From assembly GCA_965198175.1 (NCBI GenBank), contig OZ240245.1, forward strand, positions 2,336,001 to 2,400,000: 64,000 bases of DNA, given 5' to 3'. Every line of letters begins with the position of its first letter. Positions within the stretch are counted from its first letter, which is position 1. Shown piece by piece: positions 40,655 to 50,430 of this stretch. The notes below the pieces were generated by a model that was not told the DNA's origin, searched no databases, and was given only the letters and a program-made list of their open reading frames with translations. The position numbers and the translations under genes were made by a program. This DNA is from Candidatus Poribacteria bacterium. Its GTDB lineage: Bacteria > Poribacteria > WGA-4E > PCPOR2b.

Positions 40655-42760
40655 CTACTCGCTCTCGGTTTGTTCATCTTCCATCTTTTTTACCAGCCGG
40701 TCCATTTTCTGAAACTGCCACGTCCATCGGACATTGTATAGAAACTGTCTGAGGTCGAATCGATTGTCGTCGGGTGAATAGGATTCGGCGTGGTATGAAG
40801 GCGTCAACGTTGTCATCTTATGACGGTTGAGTGAATAGTGGTAGAAGAAATACTTGACCTTTGCCGCCACCTCCTGCCGCCCAAGATGACCCCACTCATG
40901 TATCAATTTCTCAAACATGCTCACAGGTCCGCATCGATCAATTTTGCGGAGTCTTCCGAACCGGCTGAGTTCCTGATAGGTCAGCCCCATGTCCGCTTCG
41001 TCCTCTTGCACATACGTTTCGGTGATGGGTTCTAGCTCTGCCGTTGGCGGCGCTTTGAGCACATCGTTAAGAGAAGTGTACCCCAGATGCACCGCCGCCC
41101 ACCGCAAAAACCGGCGAAGATCTGCCTTACTTATTGCGCCAATCGGATTGATGTCTGCGCTGCTGCAGTCGTACTTCGTCACGTAGCCACGCAGACTCTC
41201 GTCCACATTCGCTGTGCCTAACACCAGCAGTGTCCCGCGTTTGCCGCGCACCCACGGGAGCAGTTGCGCCAATAAATAAGAGAACACCATGCGCAGGCGT
41301 GCTTGGATGTTCTGCAGCGCGGCGTTTTCCGGCACTGACCCGCCGTCTACCTTGAATCGCGGTGTTTTCTGGGTCAGCCGTATAAACAGGGAAAGCATTG
41401 CGGCGACGATGGAATCGATATTGACGTTCAGGTGGTAAGTTCCGATCTGCCCCGCTAGTTTTTTTGCACGCGCACGTGTCGTCTCTGAGCTATTCTTGGT
41501 CGCCAGATAGCAAGTGCAAAATATTCGGTTGGCGAATTCACGTGCATCTGTCGGGAGATAGTCGCCCGCCTCATCCTCACCGGCGATACGGCGAGCGTCC
41601 CGGATGACCGCACGATTCCCGGCTTTCGCTTCTTTGGCTACCATTTGACACATCGATCCAACCAGCGCAGCGACAGTGGAACTATCCGCGCCGCCCGAGA
41701 TCGGCAGGAAATACCCCGCTGCACCGGAACGTCTCAGATAATCCCATAGCCAACACGCCGGACCATATGCAATTTCTCCTTCAGGTGTGTGATAGTGGAT
41801 TTCAATCGGTGGTGATGGTGCAACCCGATAATCCTCTGCGGTAAGGTCGAAATCCACGGCGACTCTCGGAACCGACTCCGATTGGCTCGCCTGCACACCA
41901 CGGCTGGTCTTCGCGCCCCGATAAGAGCGCACATCTTCCAAGTCGAGCGTGGCAGTTACAACTTCGACATCGTTCAGCGAAAACTGTGAACCCTGCGCCA
42001 CAATCTCGCCATTGACGGCAATCATCGCGCACCCGTCGAAATAAAGACGACCTCCATCGCAGCCTTGCTGATTCGCATAGAGATAGATTCCACCGGCTTT
42101 TGACGTAGCGCTGCGGATGAGATTCACCCGCTGGTCAAGTTTACGAAGTTCGTGATGTGAGCCAGAAGCGTTGGTGATGATCTCAACCCCATTCAAGCTG
42201 AGGTAGATATGTGGGCTATTCGGCGCGAAAAGCCCCTCACAGGTTTCTGCGGCTAGCACGGTATCGCGCGTCGCGACCGCAGCATCCCCGAACGGGACGG
42301 TATCCTGACCCGTAATTTCTCGAATCATTCGTGGCAGATAGAAGTCTTCTAGTGTTTTGAGATGCTGCCAAGCTGCGAACCACCGCATTTCACGGTAATT
42401 TCCGTCCGCCGCCAGAATCGGTTTTGGAAGAATCAGGACAATTTTTCCATCTAGCGCGAGGATGCGGCAGTTGTATCGCACATTCTTGTGCATCACTGGC
42501 ATCCCAATATCGCAGAGCATCCCTGCTGTCAAATCGCCCTTGAGTATCTCAGCGAGGCATTCCCATGAATGGAGAAATGTATCCTGCTCCAGAAAATGAT
42601 CTTCGCACCCGTAGCCGGAAATCTCCAATTCGGGACCCAGCCGATACCGCGCCCCACTTTCTTTCGCAATCTGGATGGACTGGGCAATGCGCTCTAAATT
42701 GCCTTCAAAATCCATCGCCCATTGGTTGAGATTGCACGTTGCGAGGGTTGCTAATTTCAT
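40655..42760 (-). CDS. nadE: Glutamine-dependent NAD(+) synthetase, eukaryote (NADSYN1/Qns1) type
   Basis: Nitrilase domain with E-K-C triad (GPELE, LPKP, ETCE); synthetase motifs [16 protein letters not shown] and [15 protein letters not shown]-terminal [27 protein letters not shown]. Confidence 0.93.
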   Translation of the reverse strand: MKLATLATCNLNQWAMDFEGNLERIAQSIQIAKESGARYRLGPELEISGYGCEDHFLEQDTFLHSWECLAEILKGDLTAGMLCDIGMPVMHKNVRYNCRILALDGKIVLILPKPILAADGNYREMRWFAAWQHLKTLEDFYLPRMIREITGQDTVPFGDAAVATRDTVLAAETCEGLFAPNSPHIYLSLNGVEIITNASGSHHELRKLDQRVNLIRSATSKAGGIYLYANQQGCDGGRLYFDGCAMIAVNGEIVAQGSQFSLNDVEVVTATLDLEDVRSYRGAKTSRGVQASQSESVPRVAVDFDLTAEDYRVAPSPPIEIHYHTPEGEIAYGPACWLWDYLRRSGAAGYFLPISGGADSSTVAALVGSMCQMVAKEAKAGNRAVIRDARRIAGEDEAGDYLPTDAREFANRIFCTCYLATKNSSETTRARAKKLAGQIGTYHLNVNIDSIVAAMLSLFIRLTQKTPRFKVDGGSVPENAALQNIQARLRMVFSYLLAQLLPWVRGKRGTLLVLGTANVDESLRGYVTKYDCSSADINPIGAISKADLRRFLRWAAVHLGYTSLNDVLKAPPTAELEPITETYVQEDEADMGLTYQELSRFGRLRKIDRCGPVSMFEKLIHEWGHLGRQEVAAKVKYFFYHYSLNRHKMTTLTPSYHAESYSPDDNRFDLRQFLYNVRWTWQFQKMDRLVKKMEDEQTESE

Positions 42761-42987
42761 AATCTTTTCTATTCCGTGTCAGACGCGTAGGTTCAGATAG
42801 ACCGCCCTACGACGGTGTTTCACCTTTCAGTTCCGCCTTCTGTCCGGAGCGCGGCTTGCGACAACATTACAGTAATTACAGTCTATAAAAAAAGGGCGTC
42901 TTTCAGTCCTCCGCCTTATCGCGGAATGAAGTGTGATGTGCAACCACTCGCTTATCAAGCTTTCAATCATCCGTTTCTCAACCCTGC

Positions 42988-43941
42988 TTAAATCTGTATA
43001 TCTCGCAGGAGATTATCCCAGCTTTGGCGTTCTCGGGCGGGGTCTACAAGCGGTTCAAGCCGTTCGCACCACGCTTTGATTGTATTGTAAAACGCCGTGT
43101 CTGTCTCAACGCGCGCTAGGAGATTTTCCAGCGCCTGTGTGTCGCCCACCGGAAAGTAGCCGGGGTAATCATCCCCCAGCAGACCGATTGAACCCGATAT
43201 TCGCGACGAGATGACAGGCACCGAACAGGCGATAGCCTCGCCGACCACATTTGCGCCGCCCTCCATTTGTGAAGTCAGCACGAGAAGGCGACATTGAGCT
43301 AGCCGGCGGAGCGTCTTCCAGCGAGGAAGCCCGCCTAACCAGCGATAGCGCGGATTGGACGCTGCCTCTGCTCTGGCAACTCTCTCCATTTCTTCACTGA
43401 GTGCTGCGCCCATATGCACCACCTGAATTCGCGAGTCGGAAGGCAGGGCGCGAGCAGCCATCGCTGTCCGGAATGGGTCCTTCACGGGACGCAGATGTCC
43501 AATCACTCACACCTCAAAGGCACCCTTCTTCGGAGGAAAGTTGCCCGACAGTTTTTTCACGGATTGATAAATGACCTGAGCCTTGTTGCGCAAACGTTCT
43601 GGAAGTTCGTCGATACCCTTCGGTTGCAGCACAATGAACCGTGACGCCATCTCTAGGGATTCCTGAGCGGACGAATCGGTGTGGATATCGTCGTAGAGGT
43701 CCGTTCCGGTCAGCGCCAGAATGAGCGGTAAGTCGGGGTGTTCATCTCGAAAGCGTTTCACAGAGGCATAGCTGCGGCGTGCGTGAAGGGCGACCATCAG
43801 ATTGCACCGCTCTCCTTGATACACTTGTTGAATAAGGACGCGATGACCGAGTTCTCGCAAGATACGCGCCCAGCGAAGCGCTGTTACGCGATTTCCTTTG
43901 CGGGAGTGTGGCGGCGCCGGGGTAATCAGACAAATTTTCAT
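42988..43941 (-). CDS. senB: Selenoneine biosynthesis selenosugar synthase SenB (GT-B glycosyltransferase), with an in-frame TGA at 43507-43509
   Basis: The two track ORFs are in one frame: ...GAFEV-TGA-VIGHLRPVKDP... Motifs GNRVTALRW, ALHARRS, LTGTDLY, GHLR.VKDP, EGGANV and GLLGDDYPGYF. Readthrough gives 317 aa. Lies directly downstream of senA. Confidence 0.85.
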
Positions 43942-44042
43942 GTTGCTACCTTAACAATTAGACGTAGATGCGAATGGGGTTGAAATTCCCGAAGTTGCTT
44001 ATTTTGTCATATTGGGCTCATCGCGCTAATCGCGCCTGCGAA

Positions 44043-45356
44043 TCAGTCCAACGTACAGGTGCGAAATCCAGCTAACACGTCTCGTCGCTCGGGTGTGTAG
44101 AAGTTCCGCCACGTGTTGCGAAGCATCCGGGATCGGGTTGTCCAGCACCCGCCCCGCAGGGCTTTACGGGTACCAAACCAAGGTTCGGAATACTCTTTGT
44201 ATAGGTCAATCTCGAAGCCTGGGTAAGGAAGAAAGCTGCTGCACGTCCATTCCCACACGTTACCAATCATTTGCCGGCATCCGAAGGCGCTGTCGCCATC
44301 TGGAAGGGCGTTCACGTTGATACATCCCATTCCATTCCAATCCAAGTTTGCCTGTGCTGGAGTCGGCGGCTCGCCCCCCCAGGGGAAGCGTCGTTTCACG
44401 GGCGAAAGTCCCTGACCGTCCGGATGCGGTTCCGCGGCGGCAGCTACTTCCCACTCAACTTCCGTTGGGAGTCGGCGCCCTGCCCAACGACAATAGGCTT
44501 CAGCTTCATACCAGTTGACGTGGATGACAGGAAGGTGAGGTTCGAGAGGCGCCCAGTTGTCAAAATGCCGACGCACCCAGCCGCCATCCGTGTCAAATTG
44601 CCAGTAAACTGGATATTCAGCGGCGACCGATTCGCGCCAATCCCAACCTTCAGGACTCCATAGGTCCTTTCGGAGATAGCCATCAGCTCCCACAAATGCG
44701 GCGAATTCGGATTGGGTGACGGGGACACGCCCAATAGCGAATGGCTTGACATTGACGGGGTGCGCCCATTTCTCGTTGTCAAACACGAATCCTTCATCCC
44801 GCTTGGCACCCAACAGAAACGTTCCTCCGGGGATTTCAACGTCACCGAGAAGCGGACTGTCCATGCCATCTTCAGAGCGGGACTTCAGACAACCCGATAA
44901 TCGGGGCGGAGGATATTCCAGGGTCTGCCGCGTGTAGGTGAACGCTTCGGTGTGCATATCTTCGTGAAAGACAGCGTAGCGAACGAGGTAGGTTAGCTTT
45001 TCACTCGGTTCACTCTTTTCAAGCGTTTCAATAACCGCATCCCGGACTTCGCGCATATACGCCAATGTCTCTTCACGAGATGGAATTGACAGCGCCCACC
45101 GCGTATCATGCGCGATCGCAATCGAATCCCAGAAGCCGTCAGTGTCGTGGCGAATCGGCTTCTGTTTGCAGCCGTGCCGTAGAACCCATTTTTCTTGAAA
45201 CCACGCCACATGCCCAATTTCCCATAGCGGCGGGTTGACGATCGGGAGGTATGGTCCTATTAGTTGCTCGTCGTTTAAATCGGCGACCAAATCGAAGGTT
45301 CGCTGACGGGCATCGTACACCCACTCGGCGAGCTGTGTTGATGTTTCGTATGTCAT
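44043..45356 (-). CDS. senA: Selenoneine synthase SenA (EgtB-like: DinB domain + FGE-sulfatase domain)
   Basis: NPPLWEIGHVAWFQE, HEDMH iron ligands, FDNEKWAH, RLPTEVEWE, GNVWEW and RNFYTPERRD; senB adjacent. Confidence 0.85.
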   Translation of the reverse strand: MTYETSTQLAEWVYDARQRTFDLVADLNDEQLIGPYLPIVNPPLWEIGHVAWFQEKWVLRHGCKQKPIRHDTDGFWDSIAIAHDTRWALSIPSREETLAYMREVRDAVIETLEKSEPSEKLTYLVRYAVFHEDMHTEAFTYTRQTLEYPPPRLSGCLKSRSEDGMDSPLLGDVEIPGGTFLLGAKRDEGFVFDNEKWAHPVNVKPFAIGRVPVTQSEFAAFVGADGYLRKDLWSPEGWDWRESVAAEYPVYWQFDTDGGWVRRHFDNWAPLEPHLPVIHVNWYEAEAYCRWAGRRLPTEVEWEVAAAAEPHPDGQGLSPVKRRFPWGGEPPTPAQANLDWNGMGCINVNALPDGDSAFGCRQMIGNVWEWTCSSFLPYPGFEIDLYKEYSEPWFGTRKALRGGCWTTRSRMLRNTWRNFYTPERRDVLAGFRTCTLD

Positions 45357-45585
45357 GACTTAATCTCTTGGCTTGTTTCAAAAGGGAGTGCAAAGCGATC
45401 CAGAGAAACCAAGTGTTTGGCGAACACTCGGATTCTCTGCACGAATATCAAAAAGTCTAGCACAACACAAATAGGGATGCAACTGAAATTACTCGGTATG
45501 AGATGTAACAACTCACTGGCGGAGGAAAAAAACTTGGGAAAACAGTTGCGTTTCAAACCGAAACAGGGTAGAATATCGGCACGCC

Positions 45586-47715
45586 GTGATACGAATTGAT
45601 GAGTCAGATTGCTCGCGCATGAACGATGAAAAATTTAAACTTAGGTTGGTCGTCATGGGAGATCTCTCGCTGTCTCCAAAGGGATTACCCGAGGTGGAAG
45701 AGGCGATTGACGATCTCAACCAGCTACATCCAGATGTTATCTTGGTGCCCGGAGATTTGGACGACACCCGGCAAGGCTTTGACGCTGCTAGCGAAACGCT
45801 GCGTGCCTTCAACGGGATTGTGTTACCGGCAATTGGCAATCATGACCTTGAAGTGGAATGTTGCAAGACAGACGAAGAAAATGTCGAACTGTTCGTCGAA
45901 GCCTTTGGGCTAGAAAACCACTACTACGCTTACGAATATGCAGGAATTTTGTTCATCACGCTCAGCACGGAGCGGTATCGATCCCATCGCTGGCAGCCGC
46001 ATGAGGTTTTTCTGAGCGATGAACAACTCGATTGGTTTCGTCAAACCTTGGAAGTGCACCCAACGATGCCGACAATCGTGCAGTGCCACGCTCCGATTTT
46101 CGGCACTCAGATTCCGGTGATTCCAACGGTTCATGTCCGTTCAACGAACCCTTACACCAATCACAACCATCACCCCGAACGGATCCTCGAGCTCATCGGA
46201 GGGCATCCACAGATTATCCTGTGGTTTTCAGGACACTCTCATCTCGGTCAAGGCTATCCCAATTCTATCTGCCAGCACCGCGGCGTCTACTATGTCCATG
46301 TTGGTGTCCACGGCAGTCGCGCGACTCGCGACGGATGTCGACACTCTCGTGTTGTTGAAATTGAACCCGACCATATCTTGATTCGGACCTTTGATCACGC
46401 CCAACGAGCGATTGACCCCCGCTTCGACTATGGGTTAGATGAGGGAGCCGACGGATTGATGTCGAGTTGGGAGGCTTCAACATGTTCAGGTTTTCTGTCT
46501 GGACGCTTGAAAGGATTCCATGTCGGTCAAAACGGATTATCTCTGAAGCCGTTGCCGACAAGCGGTTTTCTGGCTTACCTCGATAAACCCGCATCCCCAA
46601 GCGTCCATGCAATTTGCCCCACCGAGAGAAAAATCTATGTGGCGACACAAGGCGGTTATGTGTGGGAATATGACCACACTTCGGGATTACCACTCGGCAC
46701 AATCTACATGGATAAATCTCCCACTTGCATCCTCGCAACCGATTCGCATGTGTGGATTGGCGGGGGAGATCGGTATCTGCGCAAAGTTCCCACCGATAAA
46801 CCCGAACGATTCCTGCGAAAAAATAGCACTGACGTTCATGATGAGGAGATTCATATCAAGGGAATTGTCCGCGCAATGCGACTTATCGACCGAAATCGCA
46901 TCCTTGTGGGCGCGGACCGGCGACTCTATGAGATAAACAGTCAAACCGATGAGCTAACGCCGAAAGCGATATTCAAAAAGAATGTCCTTGCACTAATGCC
47001 AGATCGAGAGAGTCTCTACGTGCTCACGGAGAACGGTGAACTTGAGGTTTTCTCTCTTGCCGATCTCCAACTGCAAGAACCGCTCAAAATTCCATCACAA
47101 CTCAGCGAATCGGGATTCCGGTTCGGGATTGATTTCATCCATATCACAAATCAGATTTGCTTTCTCGTTTCCAAGAAACATCACACCATTATCAAATGTA
47201 CATTGGATGATATGAAGGTTACCGATCAGTTCCGTATCCCTGGGAAAATTCAAACGACTCTGTTTGATGAACGGGAGATTTACGTCTTAACCGAATCTGG
47301 ACGCCTTATCTGCCTAGATGTGAAGGGGATGACAATCAAGATGCAACGTGACCTTGAGATGGAAGCCGCATCCACCATGGGGTTGGACGACCAATTCATC
47401 TATGTTGCAACGTCAAACCCTGACAGCCCGTGGCAAGAAGTTCAAATCATTGAACGATCTGCAAACATGATCGGGGAACTCGCCTTTTCTGTTCGTAGTG
47501 TTAATGACATCTATCCTCAATTGGAGATGGATATGGAGTTAATAGAGGGGAATTTTTTTCATGCCGACCTCCGCGCAAAAGTCGGTGGAAAATGGGTGAA
47601 GCTGGAGGGTCAGGATTTGCTGAGCCGAGAGTTTGAAATTCGTATGGCACTGGGGCGAGGTCGAGCAGAGGAGTCGCCCTATATCTCACGCATGAAGTTG
47701 AAGGGTAGGCACTAA
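45586..47715 (+). CDS. Calcineurin-like metallophosphoesterase fused to a beta-propeller-like C-terminal region
   Basis: GDLS, PGDLD, GNHDLE, CHAP and SGHSH motifs; C-terminal repeats such as KIYVAT, HVWIGG, SLYVLT and FIYVAT. Confidence 0.7.
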   Translation: MIRIDESDCSRMNDEKFKLRLVVMGDLSLSPKGLPEVEEAIDDLNQLHPDVILVPGDLDDTRQGFDAASETLRAFNGIVLPAIGNHDLEVECCKTDEENVELFVEAFGLENHYYAYEYAGILFITLSTERYRSHRWQPHEVFLSDEQLDWFRQTLEVHPTMPTIVQCHAPIFGTQIPVIPTVHVRSTNPYTNHNHHPERILELIGGHPQIILWFSGHSHLGQGYPNSICQHRGVYYVHVGVHGSRATRDGCRHSRVVEIEPDHILIRTFDHAQRAIDPRFDYGLDEGADGLMSSWEASTCSGFLSGRLKGFHVGQNGLSLKPLPTSGFLAYLDKPASPSVHAICPTERKIYVATQGGYVWEYDHTSGLPLGTIYMDKSPTCILATDSHVWIGGGDRYLRKVPTDKPERFLRKNSTDVHDEEIHIKGIVRAMRLIDRNRILVGADRRLYEINSQTDELTPKAIFKKNVLALMPDRESLYVLTENGELEVFSLADLQLQEPLKIPSQLSESGFRFGIDFIHITNQICFLVSKKHHTIIKCTLDDMKVTDQFRIPGKIQTTLFDEREIYVLTESGRLICLDVKGMTIKMQRDLEMEAASTMGLDDQFIYVATSNPDSPWQEVQIIERSANMIGELAFSVRSVNDIYPQLEMDMELIEGNFFHADLRAKVGGKWVKLEGQDLLSREFEIRMALGRGRAEESPYISRMKLKGRH

Positions 47716-47737
47716 TTCAGTTAAAATATTACGCAGG

Positions 47738-48304
47738 TCACTTGGACGTTAAGTATAACAGGGCTGCTATCACCTCGAGTCCTGATGCTATAAGGTCCAA
47801 ATACTCTGTGAGCTTCCTAGGGTTCATACCTTCTTCTTCTAGGGTTTTTACTGAGTGGGTTTCTGAAACCGTCGTATGCGTTTCGCGTACTAGAAATTTT
47901 TCGAGTTCGCCGGTTTTAGGATTTGGTACGTACTCCCATTCTTCCTCAATTGTCTCCGAGGGGGTTTGTGTAACTATCGTTTGCGTTTTGTGTACTGGCA
48001 GTTTTTCGAGTTCGCCGGTTTCAGGATTTAGTACGTACCTGCATTCTACCTCAGTTGTCTCCGTTGTTATTCTGGTTACAGACCCCGTCGATTCTATTTT
48101 TGCAGCTCCTGAGCAACCATGAAGAAATATTAACGCGAGAACGATACATATGCAGTAGCAAGTTGTTAAAACGGTACCGTGTCTATTCTTTATCACTATA
48201 GCCTTCCTTTCGTCATTGGTTGTTCTAGCACTCGCCCGAAGAATTTCGTACAGCTTGGGCTTCAGTCGAAAGCGAAAAGGAACAAGTTTACCCTCAAATC
48301 TCAT
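47738..48304 (-). CDS. Hypothetical probable lipoprotein with a 35-aa internal repeat (start uncertain)
   Basis: Lipobox-like LHGC; YVLNPETGELEK / YVPNPKTGELEK repeats 105 nt apart. Confidence 0.5.
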   Translation of the reverse strand: MRFEGKLVPFRFRLKPKLYEILRASARTTNDERKAIVIKNRHGTVLTTCYCICIVLALIFLHGCSGAAKIESTGSVTRITTETTEVECRYVLNPETGELEKLPVHKTQTIVTQTPSETIEEEWEYVPNPKTGELEKFLVRETHTTVSETHSVKTLEEEGMNPRKLTEYLDLIASGLEVIAALLYLTSK

Positions 48305-48551
48305 TTGCAGGGTGTCCTCACAGTTGTCGAGTCCCCTTCAGCAGGCTCAGGGATAGTTGAATCGCCAAGTTATTTTTACAGATAAAACAGCATGATGTCA
48401 AGAAAAAAGTAAAAGACGCTCCTTTCCGATTCTTAAGGGTTGTATAAGCTGAAATTTCAGTTGCGATTTTCTTGTCGGCGTGCTATGCTTTTTCTAGTTA
48501 TTTCCGATTCGCTGATGCGGTGACCACATAAATAGCCAATGATTGTGACGA

Positions 48552-49376
48552 ATGCAGACTTATACATCCGATCAACCCAAGAAATTCGACCTAGCTACAA
48601 AGATTCTCGCCAACGAGCAGGTCGCCCAAGATCACTATCTGCTGCGCTGTGTATGCCCTGAGATTGCAGAGAGCGCGCTGCCCGGTCAATTTATCCACGT
48701 CCTGATTTCGCAGGGGCCCGCACTGCTGCTTCGCCGTCCATTCACAATCTACACCGTTGAAGGCGATCAGTTTACGATTCTTTACCAGCTTATCGGCGCA
48801 GGAACGGAGATGCTGTCTCACCTCCGTTGTGGCAATCTGCTTCGTGTGATGGGACCTCTTGGAAATACCTTCCGTATCCCACCGAATCTGGATCCAGCGA
48901 TTATCGTTGGCGGCGGTGCCGGAATCGCATCGTTGCTGCTGCATGCCGTTGCCTTGCGAAAGCTGGGCGTGCGCACCCTAGGGCTGGTTGGATCGGTCAA
49001 CTCTGCTCGACTGTTGACCGTTGCGGATTTGGAGGAAATTGGCGTTGAAACGCACATTTCGACAGATGACGGCAGCGTTAGGCATCATGGATTTGTTACG
49101 GAGGTTCTCACACAGATTTTGGAACAACCGCAAGCCTATGAACTGCACAATCCTGTTATCTACGCCTGTGGTCCTCACGGTATGCTTCGCGCCGTGACGA
49201 AGATTTCGCAAGCGTACGGTGTTCCCACGCAACTGGCGATGGAGAATCGGATGGGCTGTGCGATGGGAGTCTGTCTCGGCTGCGTGTGCAAAATTCGCAC
49301 GCCGCATGGCGGGATTGAGTATCAACGCGTGTGTACAGAAGGGCCTGTGTTTGATGCGGAGGACATCGTTTGGTGA
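48552..49376 (+). CDS. pyrK: Dihydroorotate dehydrogenase electron transfer subunit
   Basis: LLRRPFT, GGGAGIA, YACGP and MGCAMGVCLGC...RVCTEGPVF ([2Fe-2S] ligands). Confidence 0.92.
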   Translation: MQTYTSDQPKKFDLATKILANEQVAQDHYLLRCVCPEIAESALPGQFIHVLISQGPALLLRRPFTIYTVEGDQFTILYQLIGAGTEMLSHLRCGNLLRVMGPLGNTFRIPPNLDPAIIVGGGAGIASLLLHAVALRKLGVRTLGLVGSVNSARLLTVADLEEIGVETHISTDDGSVRHHGFVTEVLTQILEQPQAYELHNPVIYACGPHGMLRAVTKISQAYGVPTQLAMENRMGCAMGVCLGCVCKIRTPHGGIEYQRVCTEGPVFDAEDIVW

Positions 49377-49455
49377 ATACGCTACCGCACAGCGAAACTG
49401 GTTGAGGCGAGTAATTCTAAATCAGTGCCGCATTTCCAATCGTAGATGATGAACA

Positions 49456-50379
49456 ATGGATAGCAACTCACCTTCTCTTGAAACTCATGTCGCGGGCATC
49501 CGAATGAAAAACCCTGTCATGACGGCATCGGGGACATTTGGCTACGGCAGCGAATACGCGGACTTCATCGATCTGAATCAGCTCGGCGCAACGGTTGTCA
49601 AAGGCATTACGAACGTGCCTTGGCCCGGTAACCCAATGCAACGGATTGCCGAAACGCCATCAGGGATGCTCAATGCAATCGGTTTGCAGAACGTCGGTGT
49701 CGACGGCTTCATTGAAAAAAAGCTTCCCTATCTCCGAAACTTCGACGTCCCCGTTATAGTAAATATCTGCGGTGAGCGGCTAGAAGAGTACGAAGAAGTC
49801 ACAGAAAAACTGGATGGCACTGATGGGGTTGCAGCGATAGAACTCAACATCTCCTGTCCTAACCTCCACTGCGGCGGGATGAGTTTTGGAGTCGATCCCA
49901 AATTAACCAATCAACTTGTCAGCGCGGCGCGAGAAAAAACCGCATTGCCGCTGCTCGTGAAGCTTTCACCGAACGTCACAGACATAACTGTCATTGCTTC
50001 TGCCGCAGCGGATGCCGGCGCAGACGGACTTTCCGTAATCAACACGTTACTAGGTATGGCAATCGACATTAAAACAAGACGACCAATGCTTGAGAATGTC
50101 ACTGGGGGGCTTTCTGGACCGGCGATTAAGCCGATTGCGTTACGCATGGTCTGGCAAGTCTACAATACCGTTAAGATACCAATTATCGGCATGGGCGGCA
50201 TCATGACCCGCGATGACGCGATTGAGTTTTTCATTGCGGGTGCTTCCGCGGTTGCGGTAGGAACAGCCAACTTCGTCAATCCACGAGCCCCCTTGGACAT
50301 AATTGACGGCATTCGTGAATATCTGGATCAAAACGGGATTAATTCGATTGAGGAATTGGTGGGTAGCTTGCAAACGTGA
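49456..50379 (+). CDS. pyrD: Dihydroorotate dehydrogenase B catalytic subunit
   Basis: [31 protein letters not shown] and [10 protein letters not shown]. Confidence 0.95.
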   Translation: MDSNSPSLETHVAGIRMKNPVMTASGTFGYGSEYADFIDLNQLGATVVKGITNVPWPGNPMQRIAETPSGMLNAIGLQNVGVDGFIEKKLPYLRNFDVPVIVNICGERLEEYEEVTEKLDGTDGVAAIELNISCPNLHCGGMSFGVDPKLTNQLVSAAREKTALPLLVKLSPNVTDITVIASAAADAGADGLSVINTLLGMAIDIKTRRPMLENVTGGLSGPAIKPIALRMVWQVYNTVKIPIIGMGGIMTRDDAIEFFIAGASAVAVGTANFVNPRAPLDIIDGIREYLDQNGINSIEELVGSLQT

Positions 50380-50430
50380 AACGTATCACCCAACCTATTA
50401 CGCATTCGTACATAAATTGAGGTTGAGGCA

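Noticed and set aside
42761..42987. NAD+ riboswitch upstream of nadE
   Set aside because: I could not match the nadA-type or pnuC-type aptamer consensus by eye, and the motifs look like REP remnants. Kept only as a low-interest finding.
43507..43509. Genome-wide TGA reassignment (genetic code 4 or 25) as the explanation for the senB TGA
   Set aside because: Many genes here end at TGA at their expected C-termini (e.g. 4554, 26696, 30075, 49376, 50379), Trp is encoded by TGG, and no other gene shows an internal TGA.
44043..45356. Ergothioneine EgtB or ovothiol OvoA call
   Set aside because: The NPPLWE.GH..WFQE signature and the adjacent SenB-type glycosyltransferase favour SenA. There is no EgtD neighbour and no fused methyltransferase.
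48331..48354. CCCCTTCAGCAGGCTCAGGGA, plus similar short palindromes near 2676-2698 and 3880-3895
   Set aside because: Single degenerate REP-like remnants, too decayed to annotate with confidence.
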